NCBI GenBank assembly: GCA_963796685.1
Contig: CAWCMR010000025.1
Span: 896,001-960,000 of the forward strand
Direction of reading: 5' to 3'
Length of the DNA: 64,000 bases
Origin: an uncultured delta proteobacterium
GTDB taxonomy: Bacteria > Myxococcota_A > Polyangia > Fen-1088
The notes under the pieces: generated by a model
The model's input: the letters and a program-made list of their open reading frames with translations, nothing else
Databases searched by the model: none
Told to the model about the DNA's origin: nothing
Made by a program: the position numbers and the translations under genes
Shown here: positions 54,801 through 63,522 of the stretch, in pieces
How positions within the stretch are numbered: position 1 is the stretch's first letter
How the letters are laid out: the number at the start of each line of letters is the position of its first letter

Positions 54801-55112
54801 GCGACATCGCGCACGTGCCGCTCGAAGACGAGCTCCCTGGACGTCGCGATCTTTTGCCTCTCGCTCATGGGCGCGAACTTCACGGACTACGTGCGCGAGG
54901 CGCATCGCTGCCTTCGCCTCGACGGCTGGCTACACATCTGGGAGCCTGCCAGCTACTTCGACGACGTCACGAAGTTCTGCTCGCAGCTCGGTCGCCTGGG
55001 CTTCGACGTGGTGGAACCGCAGACCGAGGGTGCCTTTGTCCGGATCTACGCTGCGCGGAATGCCAAGAAGGTGGATCCGACAATCGTCCTGCCATTCCGA
55101 GGGCATGGTTAG
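51833..55112 (+). CDS. Fusion of 3 Zn-ribbons (DUF4379-like), SF2/SNF2-type helicase and Rrp8/NML-like methyltransferase; about ten or more apparent frameshifts
   Basis: GTG at 51833 after GGGAG. Zn-ribbons WWRCEHGH..CPGC, WWRCPQGH..CAVC, WWLCPKGH..CPTC; helicase 'GMGAGKT', 'DEIH', 'SGT', 'QLIGRLYRQG'; MTase 'IGDFGCGEA', 'HSFDH', 'CDIAHVPLEDE', 'DVAIFCLSLMG'. Confidence 0.82.
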
Positions 55113-55309
55113 TTACCTCGCGCGGTCCGGTCTGCACTGCCTTCCACGCTGCCGTCCCGGAAGGTGCAAAGCGCGAACTGGATCGCATCTTGGATGCGAA
55201 GCTGGTGCTCCACGGCCCATCGCATGAGGGCCTCGAACAGCTTGCGATCGAGGTGCAGGCCGTCGAGCACGACGAAGCGGCCACACGAGGAGACCTTGGC
55301 GGGCATCAT
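55109..55309 (-). CDS. Small hypothetical protein
   Basis: 'MMPAKVSSCGRFVVLDGLHLDRKLFEALMRWAVEHQLRIQDAIQFAL'; convergent with the helicase gene, stop codons overlap. Confidence 0.4.
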   Translation of the reverse strand: MMPAKVSSCGRFVVLDGLHLDRKLFEALMRWAVEHQLRIQDAIQFALCTFRDGSVEGSADRTARGN

Positions 55310-55453
55310 GTCGGGATCTATCGGCAAAGCCCCTGCGATTGTTGCTTGGAATCGAAGATTGATGCCCGCCAGCCGCCCAGGTGATCACCTACTCGCGCCC
55401 CGTCATCGAATCGCGTGGGGAGCCGCCGAGCTTCGCTCGGCGCGTACCGTCGT

Positions 55454-55604
55454 GGGAAGGTTTGGAAACCCTCCCAGTTCCGCCACCGGGCCGAAGGCCC
55501 GGATCCTTCAGTCATGAAACGTGGCAGCCCCTCACCCGCCTCGCTGCGCTCGGCGACCTCTCCCCGCTTCGCGGGGCGAGGTGGTTTCAGGTCAGGGTTT
55601 CCAT
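55454..55604. repeat. ~150-bp palindromic module, second copy of 33323-33483
   Basis: Shared GG(G/A)TTTGG(G/A)AACCCTCC, CCGGGCC(C/G)AAGGCCCGGATCCTTC, GCCCCTCACC..CCTCTCCCCGC..GCGGGGCGAGGTGGTTTCAGGTCAGGGTT. Confidence 0.88.
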
Positions 55605-55613
55605 CTCCATGTC

Positions 55614-56182
55614 GCGTGAAGTACGCCTACGAGCTGACCCGCAAGCGCAACAGCAAGAAGAAGATGCTGACCCTCGTCCACAAGTGCAACGTCCTGACCC
55701 ACGCCGGCGACTTGTGGGTGCGCGTGCACAAGGAGATCGGCGACAAGCTCTATCCCGAGATCAAGCAGGACTACAACCACGTCGACGCCTGCACCATGTG
55801 GTTCGTCAAGCAGCCCGAGTACTACGACGTCATCGTCACCGAGAACCTCTTCGGCGACATCATCACCGACCTCGCCGCCATCATCCAAGGCGGCCTTGGC
55901 ATCGCCGCCGGCGGCAACATCAACCCCGAAGGCGTCTCCATGTTCGAGCCCATGGGCGGCAGCGCCCCCAAGTACACCGGCAAGAACGTCATCAACCCGC
56001 TCGCCACCATCTGCGCCGGCGGCATGATGATGGACACCCTCGGCGAGCCCGCCATCGCCAAGGCCGTCGACCAAGCCGTCCACGACGCCCTCGCCTCAGG
56101 CAAAATCAAGAGCCTCTCCGCCGGCAAGATGGGCATGGGCACCCGCGAGGTCGGGGACATGATCGCGAAGTTGGTGAGTTAG
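55614..56182 (+). pseudogene. leuB: Displaced 3' half of leuB (att-like direct repeat)
   Basis: 569 bp colinear with 43513-44081; about 13 substitutions, all synonymous except one F->M codon; no start codon. Confidence 0.95.
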
Positions 56183-56224
56183 CCTTTCGCCACGCTCCGC
56201 GCGGCCGCAGCAGCGGCCCAATTG

Positions 56225-56279
56225 CCTCGCCCCGCGAAGCGGGGAGAGCCCGACGCGCGAAGCGCGGCCGGTGAGGGGC
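56225..56279. repeat. REP-like palindrome, inverted relative to 55527-55581
   Basis: CCTCGCCCCGCGAAGCGGGGAGAG...GGTGAGGGGC matches the reverse complement of 55527-55581 at both ends. Confidence 0.8.
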
Positions 56280-56609
56280 AACTTGCACACACCGCCGACA
56301 CACAACCCGCGTTCACTGGGCCGGTCTGTTCGTGTCTGCCAGAAATGCAAGGCCCTGCTCCGCCTGATTGCGCTCATCAATCCGGTTGACGTCCCTCAGC
56401 TGCGCCCCGCGCGCCCACCGCCCCAGAAGGCGGGTGGCAGCGATGACTGGCTGAACTGAACGCGACCTTAGCGGGGCTGTGATGGGGCAGACTACGCCTT
56501 GTGGTCGAGACAGGCTCTTCGGCATGCGAATCGCGCGATCAAACCCGCTCCGTAGGGCACGCCAGGCACGCACGAGGGTTCGGCGGCACATGGAGGCATG
56601 GGTTCTCGG

Positions 56610-56789
56610 ACCGGAAATAGGGGCAGCCTCCTGCTGGACGCCGGCGTGTTCGCCGCTTCCGCGAACGCCGCCGCGAGGGTCAACCTCGCCGGGCCCGCCG
56701 CCACGGTCGCGGGCACGATGGTCACGCTGGACGCGGGCGGCAAGGTGGTGGTGAACGCGGGTGGCGTGGAGGCCACCGGCAACGGCTGA
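56610..56789 (+). pseudogene. Possible VgrG/gp5 C-terminal beta-spike remnant
   Basis: 'SLLLDAG...VNLAGPAATVAGTMVTLDAGGKVVVNAGGVEATG' repetitive beta pattern; no 5' part. Confidence 0.35.
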
Positions 56790-56809
56790 GGTGGATTGTC
56801 GACGGAACC

Positions 56810-57691
56810 CTAGGCGGTGGTCAGGCGCCACAGCTCGGCCAGGCGCTCGGGCGCGGTGGCCGCGCGGATGATCGCCGGGCCGCCCGTCATCTGGTACTCG
56901 CGCAGGTCGACGATGCGGGCGTAGTCCGAGTGGGCGTCCACCTGGAACTTGCGTTCGCGCAAGACTTGCTGTGCCTCGTGCGCGAGCGCGTGCCCGCAGC
57001 CGCCGTCACGGGCGAGGTAGAGGCAAGTCCATAACGCCATGCGGTTGGTCGTCCAGCCCATGGATTCCGGGTGGCGCCCCCACGAGACAAGCAAGATGCG
57101 CGACATGTCGTGCGGGTCGTAGAGCGCCCAGCAGACGTTGGCGATGAACGCGAGGTCCTCGCCGGTCGACAAGGAAAGCGTGCCGAGCAGTCGGCGCTGC
57201 AGATGGTCCTCCCACCAGCGCGACGCGAATCCTGTCGCCCCTCGCTTGAGGGTAAGCCCGAGCTGATGGGCCACCGCCACGAGCCCAGCATCGATGAGCC
57301 GGCGCTCGCGACGGAAGAAGCGGAAGACGAGGGCGACGAGACCGATGAAGCCGCCGACCTGCGCGATGAGGTTCCACGGCCGGTAATGCCGGGACAGCAT
57401 CCAATGGCTCCACGGCGATCGCTTGGGCCAGCTCAGCGCCCAATGTCCGCTGCTCACGCCGTAGGCGGTCCACTCCAGCCCCACCCAGAGCACGATGAAG
57501 ATGATGACGGCGTAGATGAACGCCGACTGGACCTCGAAGGCGCCCTCCACCACGCTGCCGACCGCCGACAGCCAGGACGGCATGCGCTTGACGGGATGGC
57601 GCCTGACGTGGACCACCCACGCGGTGAAGGCGATAGCGAAGCCCACCATGATGAGCACGCCGACAAGGAGCTGGATCTGGCTGCTGGTCAT
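56810..57691 (-). CDS. Hypothetical 3-TM membrane protein
   Basis: Hydrophobic segments; ATGA overlap with the upstream gene. Confidence 0.7.
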   Translation of the reverse strand: MTSSQIQLLVGVLIMVGFAIAFTAWVVHVRRHPVKRMPSWLSAVGSVVEGAFEVQSAFIYAVIIFIVLWVGLEWTAYGVSSGHWALSWPKRSPWSHWMLSRHYRPWNLIAQVGGFIGLVALVFRFFRRERRLIDAGLVAVAHQLGLTLKRGATGFASRWWEDHLQRRLLGTLSLSTGEDLAFIANVCWALYDPHDMSRILLVSWGRHPESMGWTTNRMALWTCLYLARDGGCGHALAHEAQQVLRERKFQVDAHSDYARIVDLREYQMTGGPAIIRAATAPERLAELWRLTTA

Positions 57692-58257
57692 GGGTCTTCG
57701 TTGGCGGGGGGAACCACGCCGTCCACCGCGAGACTCGCATCCCCGGTTTGGTCGCGTCGCGGAACCAGCGACGGCATGATGGTCGAGACGAGCTCGGCGG
57801 CCAGCTCGCGCTGCATCCAGGGCGGGACCTGGTCCGGGTTGTCGCAGTTGAGGCGAATCTGCTCGCCCATGAGACGTACCCGATCGTTGGCTTCGATCTT
57901 CACGTCACCGCTTCGCGCCTCGATGCTCGTCGCTGCGCCGACCAGGCGCACCTCCTCGGTGGCCTTGACCTCGAAGCTCTGACATTGCACGGCGAGCTGC
58001 TTGGGCGTGACGATCTGGATGTCGGCACTCTCGAACACCAGCTTGGGGCCGGCTTCGGTGAGAATGACGGTCAACTCCGCCTTCCCACTAGGGCTGACGA
58101 TGTCGATTCGCTCCTGACCCAGCGACAGGGAAAGCCGCACGGTCCGTCCGCTGCGGGGCGCGGTCAACGCCGAGCTGCTTGCGGCCATCGGCAGCGATCC
58201 CGTCGCGCTCACCGCCCTGCCCTTGTCATCTTCACCGTCTGCCAAGGCTCCTCCCAT
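57688..58257 (-). CDS. Hypothetical protein with VgrG/gp5-like beta repeats
   Basis: 'FEVKATEEVRLVG...IEARSGDVKIEANDRVRLMGEQIRLNC'; lies in the DUF2169 operon. Confidence 0.6.
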   Translation of the reverse strand: MGGALADGEDDKGRAVSATGSLPMAASSSALTAPRSGRTVRLSLSLGQERIDIVSPSGKAELTVILTEAGPKLVFESADIQIVTPKQLAVQCQSFEVKATEEVRLVGAATSIEARSGDVKIEANDRVRLMGEQIRLNCDNPDQVPPWMQRELAAELVSTIMPSLVPRRDQTGDASLAVDGVVPPANEDP

Positions 58258-58951
58258 CTATCCCGGCCACCGCACGGAATGCCGGACCTTCTCTTGCTGG
58301 GCTTCCGTCAGCGGACGGTCGGCCGCCCAGGTACCCGACCACAGCATGACCAGGCGGCTCTCGTCGGTGTTGACGAGGACGGTCTTGAGCGCCGGCTCGA
58401 GCTCCTTCGCGGCGCCGTAGGTTTTTGAGGAAGGGCACGAGCGGATCGGGATGGGTCTCTTCCGCCCAGATGTCCCGGCCGCCGTAGGCGCGATCGTAGG
58501 TCAGATCCATCGAGACGAACGGCTCGGGAGCGGTGAAACGAAGCTGCCCGTTGGCGAGGAGCTCGACCATGCGGTCGCCGATCACGCGGATCCGGCAAGC
58601 GCGCTTGCGCGCATCCTCGGCGGTGGTGATGGCGGTCAGGACCGCGACGCTGACCTCGGTCATGGGGCGCGGGCCGCCCGTCACGTAGGCCTTGCCCTGC
58701 ACGACGACGTCGGTGCCCGGCTTGCCGTTGCACATGAGGTCCGATTCGGCGCGCGGGGGCGCGCCGCCCCCCTGCCCCTTCTTGTCGTAGTAGAGCTCGT
58801 CGAACTGGAGCGGAACCTGCATCGACGCAATCTTGCAGTAGCCGGTGGGCAGGATGTCGTAGGTGCGCTTGGCCAGGATGTGAAGGACGTCGGCACCGGC
58901 GCCGTCATCGGTCCCGACCAGCATCGAAAGTAAGGGCTCTAGCTCGGCCAT
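58258..58951 (-). pseudogene. DUF2169 family protein, internally deleted and frameshifted
   Basis: 'AKRTYDI', 'ESDL...KPGTDVVVQGKAY', 'RVIGDR', 'YDRAYGG', then a jump at ~58422 to the C-terminal frame 'LKTVLVNTDESRLVMLWSG...RWPG*'. Confidence 0.72.
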
Positions 58952-58960
58952 CGTAGATTC

Positions 58961-60052
58961 CTACTCCGAACGAGACGCGCCGCCGCCACGGGGTGGGGTC
59001 GACCCGCTGCTGCCTCGTGGTTCGGCGTTCCCCTTTCCACCCTCCCCGCCCTCTCCTTCCCCGCCTTCACCCTCTTCACCTTCCTCGCCAAACTTCTCTT
59101 CGACCCAGTCGGTCCCCTTCTCGCCGCCCTCACCGGCCAGATCCACCGCCGGTTCCGTCAAGGGCGACGCCAGCTTCTCGATTCCCCGGTCGACGCCCTT
59201 GGCCGCAAGCCGCTCGACGCTCTTTTCGACCTGATGCTCGACGATGTCTTCCACCTTCTTCTCGACCTGCTTCGACATCTCCATCCCGACTTCGTTCGCC
59301 AGGCGATCCTCGACCGCATGGAGCGCCTTCTCCGTCAGTTTCTGCGTCAGACGACGGGTCAGCGGCTTGAGCGCCACACTGAGGATCTTCTCGGCGAGCT
59401 TCTCGAGCTTCTCCTTGGCCCACTTGAAACCGGGCACGTATTTGAAGAGGGACTCGAGCAGCTTGGACGCGACGGCATCGGCGATCGCGGCGACCAGGTT
59501 GCCGATGATGGCGGCGAACGTCATGCCCGCGAAGACCGTGCTCGGGACCTGGACGTTGAAGACGTTCGGCAGGATCTGAACACCCTTGACGTTCATCTTG
59601 GGCATGGGCTCGGAGCACATCGAGAAATTCGCGGCACCGACGCACATGCCTGGCGCGATGAAGAGGACCGCCGGGTTGGCGGCACCGTCCGGGAACTCCG
59701 CCTTGATCGAATACGGTCCCCAGACCGCCTTGGCTTGCCCGAATCCGATGACGATCGCCATCAGCCCGAGGTCGAGCGGCGGCGGCACCGCCGAGGGCAA
59801 GGGCGGCAGTCCCGTGGAAAGATGCGGGCGCAGGAACTTGCTGTCGTGGCCGCGCTTGATCAAGTTCCCGGTATGCGCGCTCACCGAAGGCGAGGGCTGG
59901 TCACCCAAGGGGATGTAGATGGGGCCGATCGAGATGCAGATCTCGTTGGGATTGGGCGCCGGCACTCCGAGGGGAGTCAGCCCGAGACAGATGTGCTTCT
60001 CCGTGCCCATGATCAGGCACAGTGGCTTCATCAACTGACATGGAATGGGCAT
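58961..60052 (-). CDS. Hypothetical protein, possible PAAR-like N-terminus plus helical and acidic C-terminus
   Basis: His/Cys/Pro-rich N-terminus ('EKHICLG', 'RGHDSKFLRPH'), amphipathic helices, E/G-rich tail; lies between two DUF2169 genes. Confidence 0.55.
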   Translation of the reverse strand: MPIPCQLMKPLCLIMGTEKHICLGLTPLGVPAPNPNEICISIGPIYIPLGDQPSPSVSAHTGNLIKRGHDSKFLRPHLSTGLPPLPSAVPPPLDLGLMAIVIGFGQAKAVWGPYSIKAEFPDGAANPAVLFIAPGMCVGAANFSMCSEPMPKMNVKGVQILPNVFNVQVPSTVFAGMTFAAIIGNLVAAIADAVASKLLESLFKYVPGFKWAKEKLEKLAEKILSVALKPLTRRLTQKLTEKALHAVEDRLANEVGMEMSKQVEKKVEDIVEHQVEKSVERLAAKGVDRGIEKLASPLTEPAVDLAGEGGEKGTDWVEEKFGEEGEEGEGGEGEGGEGGKGNAEPRGSSGSTPPRGGGASRSE

Positions 60053-60069
60053 GCTGAACGTCCTGGTCG

Positions 60070-61053
60070 TTACACGGCGGCAAGCTCGAGCACGGCCGAG
60101 CGCTTCTCCTTCGGCCGCAGTCCGTATTTGAAGCGTGCAATCCAAGTCATGACCACCAGCCGTTTGGGTACAATCACCCAGAGCCCGGCCACCTTCATCG
60201 GATACGTCCCACGACGACGGCCGACCTGGGTGCGGACGCTGGCCACGAGCGACGGCACCCGGAAGCGGAACGACTCGACGCCCAGGTCGATCTGCACCGG
60301 GTCGCCGGGCCTGATCTCCGGCAGCAGCAAGGGTGGCGGGGCGGCCGACTGGTGGACCTCGCGGCTCTTCTGACTGATCTCCTTCTCGTCGAGGGGCTGG
60401 CGCGAGCTGCGTGTCCGTTCGGCCACCCACTCGGCCAGTTGCCAGGCCTGGGCGTTGGTGACCGGGCCCCAGGTGGCGATGGGGGGCTGGTCGTTCCACT
60501 TGCGGATCAACCAGTCGGGCCGTTCCAGGTTGGGCAGCGGCTGCTCGGCGGCTTGCGCAGCCGAGAGATAGAAACCTTTGCCGGCGGGGTTCAAGGGATG
60601 CGGAAAGGCCATGCCCTCGTAGTCCGCGGTTCCCCCGAACGAGCGGGCAAGGCCGAGATCGAGCTCGCCGAGCAGCGCGGGTTGGCTGGCCACGAGCTCG
60701 TTGCCGCGCTTGACCCACCGACGGTCGCCGAAGACGAGCATGCGGTTCGTGAAGGATCCGACGGACAGCCTGACCTCGAGGTGGGGCACGGGCCGGCGGG
60801 ATTTCGCCGTTCCCACCACGACCAGCTCGGCCTGCGGGCGCAGTGGGTAGTCGTCCGCAGGAAACCGCCCCACCTCCGTCGTGAGGGCCTCGCCAAAGAC
60901 GGGCCATTGCTCCGCATGCAGCGGCAGCTCGCCCTGGTTCCCGTCGAGCAGAGCGTAAGTCTTGCGCGCCACCACCCACCCGCCGTTCAGGTCTTCGTGC
61001 AGGGCTCCGGTGAACAGCCGGGCCTGCAGGTCCGTATGGTTGGCAAGCTTCAT
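60070..61053 (-). CDS. DUF2169 family (T6SS adaptor) protein
   Basis: 'MKLANHT', 'VVARKTY', 'VFGDRRW', 'RSFGG', 'NPAGKGF', 'LPNLE', 'LVVMTW'. Confidence 0.85.
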   Translation of the reverse strand: MKLANHTDLQARLFTGALHEDLNGGWVVARKTYALLDGNQGELPLHAEQWPVFGEALTTEVGRFPADDYPLRPQAELVVVGTAKSRRPVPHLEVRLSVGSFTNRMLVFGDRRWVKRGNELVASQPALLGELDLGLARSFGGTADYEGMAFPHPLNPAGKGFYLSAAQAAEQPLPNLERPDWLIRKWNDQPPIATWGPVTNAQAWQLAEWVAERTRSSRQPLDEKEISQKSREVHQSAAPPPLLLPEIRPGDPVQIDLGVESFRFRVPSLVASVRTQVGRRRGTYPMKVAGLWVIVPKRLVVMTWIARFKYGLRPKEKRSAVLELAAV

Positions 61054-61254
61054 GCCGCCGTGCCTTTGCCGGCAGACGACCGCGTGGCACTCGGGAGGAG
61101 GGTTAGGACAGACTTCATCTTGGTGTTGCGCTAAGCGAGAAGGTTAGCCCGATGTTGCCGCAGCCTCGCTGCTTTGCCAAGGCGATTCCCCTGGAGCTGC
61201 CCGGCTTCCGTCCGGCCATGATCGCAGGTTGTGTCGCACCATGGTGGTGCTCGT

Positions 61255-61410
61255 CAGCGACCGTGCGCGCCGGACCGCACTTTCTACGGGCTCGCTGCTC
61301 GCTGCTCTACTCGGCCAGGTACGGTGCCCGAGCTGCATGGGCTCATGTCGTGCGGAATCTTGGGTCGAGGCTTCGCGCACCTTTTCTGTAAGACCTGCCG
61401 CGAGCACCAT
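61255..61410 (+). mobile_element. Remnant of an IS91-family transposase zinc-binding domain
   Basis: 'ELHGLMSCGILGRGFAHLFCKTCREHH' matches the IS91-type pattern E(F)xxYLxCGxLxxGFxxxxCxxC; truncated. Confidence 0.6.
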
Positions 61411-61511
61411 GCTCTGCTCAGACTCCGCCCCGGGACAGCACCTCTCCCTCGAGTCTCACCATCAACGTCGGCGCGGCCTTTACTACCGCCTTTACCACCC
61501 CGCGCAAACCG

Positions 61512-63005
61512 CTAGTAGTACAGCTTGAAGTTGCCACTCACATGCAGCAACGAGAGCATGTACAGAACTCCGTTCCAGTAATCGTGGCTCGGAACGTTTG
61601 CCGACCAGATCTTATCGACGAAGGCTTTGCCGTCAGAAGCAGGCAAACCAAAGCCCAGGGTGGCATCACAGTAGGATGAGGGTGGGCCCGCGTTCTTCTC
61701 GTGTGCGGCAAACTTTGGCGCGTAGGTTTGGCTTTGCCAGGTATCCGCCTTGAAGAAGTTCCAGTCCATCATGATGTTCACGACGCAGCGAACCGAGTCA
61801 GAGTTGGCCCCCGCTGTCTGCCCCCCAGTCCAATTAGCCTGGTAGGGACATACGCCGTTGCCGTCAACGTCCTTGGGAAAGAACGCGCGACCATCCGTCA
61901 CAGCGGTGTTCCAGAAAGCGGCATTGGCGGTGTCGAAACAAGCCCAAACCTGGTAGAACGCCGGCAAAACGTACGACGGATCAGTGACGCCGGAGTTCGA
62001 GCCAAACTTCACGATGTTCGGGCTCGTGTGAAAGTACTTGGTCCGGATCACGTCGAGCACCCATTGTGCTTCGGTGGCGTACTTGATTTTGCCGGTATCG
62101 CCCCAACGAGTGTGCGCGAAAATGAGGGCCGTGGCGAAGTATTCCTCGCCGTCTGGTGCACCGCCGTTGTTACAGTTCCCTGACGTCGGGCAAGACCAGG
62201 CGATTTCACCGGTGCATTTGTCGACTGTACAACCCTTGGCCATGTGATTCCTTACCCAAGTCCAGATGCGGTCGAACTCTGTTTGATGGCCGAGCTGTAC
62301 GGCGATCGTCATGCCGTACGACATGCCTTCGGTGCGCACGTCTCCATTGTAGATGTCCTTGACGTAAGACTCGTCCGAACCCGGGCCATCATAGTAGATA
62401 GTGCCCGAGCCCGACGGGTTGAAGAGGGTGGACCAGGCAGTGCTGACCTTCTGGTCGCTATCTGCCTGCGTGTGCCCGGAGACAGTGACGAAGAGGTTGG
62501 CATAGCTCGTGGGTGCCGCGCAGGTTCCGGCGGTGCCGCCGCCGCCGCCGTCAACCGGCGGATTGACGACCGAGCCGCCCGCTGCGCTGCCGCCCGAGCC
62601 GCCCGCTGCGCTGCCGCCCGTGGCAAGACCCGCGGTCCCGCCCGCGCCGCGATCCACACCGCCGTCGGTCGGGCGCCCGCCCGTGGCCTCACCCCCGTCT
62701 TCCTTCCCCGAGCCCCCGGTCCCGGGGGTCACCGTCGATCCGCCTTGGCCCGACGAGCCGCCAGAGCCGGCTCCACCAGTCCCGGCTTTCGTGCCACCGG
62801 TGCTCGTGCCACCGGTGCCAGTGCTACCGCCCGTTCCTGGGGTTGAGGTCGACGCGTCAGCCCCGCCTGAGCCTGTGTCGTGCGAGCTCTTTCCCCCCTG
62901 TCCTCCCGACCCGCTTGGGTTCTTGGTGCCCCCGTCGGTTGAGCTGCATGCGACCAGAAGGGCGGCCACCGAAAGAACGGACAGGTGAAATGAGATGTTG
63001 CGCAA
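61512..63005 (-). CDS. Glycoside hydrolase family 8 lipoprotein with Gly/Thr/Ser-rich linker
   Basis: Lipobox 'LLVAC'; 'VRTEGMSYGM', 'FDRIWTW', 'APDGEEY', 'TDPSY'. Confidence 0.88.
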   Translation of the reverse strand: MRNISFHLSVLSVAALLVACSSTDGGTKNPSGSGGQGGKSSHDTGSGGADASTSTPGTGGSTGTGGTSTGGTKAGTGGAGSGGSSGQGGSTVTPGTGGSGKEDGGEATGGRPTDGGVDRGAGGTAGLATGGSAAGGSGGSAAGGSVVNPPVDGGGGGTAGTCAAPTSYANLFVTVSGHTQADSDQKVSTAWSTLFNPSGSGTIYYDGPGSDESYVKDIYNGDVRTEGMSYGMTIAVQLGHQTEFDRIWTWVRNHMAKGCTVDKCTGEIAWSCPTSGNCNNGGAPDGEEYFATALIFAHTRWGDTGKIKYATEAQWVLDVIRTKYFHTSPNIVKFGSNSGVTDPSYVLPAFYQVWACFDTANAAFWNTAVTDGRAFFPKDVDGNGVCPYQANWTGGQTAGANSDSVRCVVNIMMDWNFFKADTWQSQTYAPKFAAHEKNAGPPSSYCDATLGFGLPASDGKAFVDKIWSANVPSHDYWNGVLYMLSLLHVSGNFKLYY

Positions 63006-63522
63006 GACGAACTCCTTTCAAGTACGACAGACTGCCTTGAACCTGTGCGGCTTGCTCATAGTTTGTTCTATTTCTGCATGCCAAGGCTAGGTGAAAACCG
63101 TGCTCGACGCGTCGCAAGACAGCGAAAGGGGCGCTGACGAGAGCAGGAAGGCAGGAAGAACCGGGTAGGTGCGGCGGTGTAAGCTTGTTAGCAGCGGAGC
63201 AACTGGGCGATGCGCTCGTCGATCCAGCGGACTATGGGCGGGTCTCATGGTGGGCGTGGGCCTCACAAAATCCTGAGCCGTTTTCGCGCGAACCAGGCAT
63301 AGGATCAAGATCCAGCACGTCGAACAATCGAAGGCTGCACCGATGCGTACAAGGCTCGTTTTTCTTATTCTGACAATGATGGCCGCGTGTCGGGGGACCA
63401 GGGGGCGGGTGCTCCGCCCGCAAGACGCCGGTGGCGCAGCCGGTCCTCGACAGCCACCTATGTGGCGAACGGCCTTCTGATCGGCAGCACGCTCAAGTAG
63501 AGCGTGGGGTGGACAACTGCCC

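Larger units (their letters stand above)
44082..56182. mobile_element. Genomic (defence) island bounded by a 569-bp direct repeat of the leuB 3' end
   Basis: 43513-44081 is repeated at 55614-56182; cargo is defence-type; part of the cargo is visibly more AT-rich; no integrase seen. Confidence 0.75.

Noticed and set aside
55614-56182. Simple assembly duplication of leuB, or a second functional leuB (ORF 55415-56182)
   Set aside because: Differences are concentrated at synonymous positions, unlike sequencing error. The ORF's N-terminus is translated repeat DNA and the N-terminal half of the enzyme is missing.
62520-62930. GC-rich short repeats as a DNA repeat element
   Set aside because: They encode the Gly/Ser/Thr linker of the GH8 lipoprotein.
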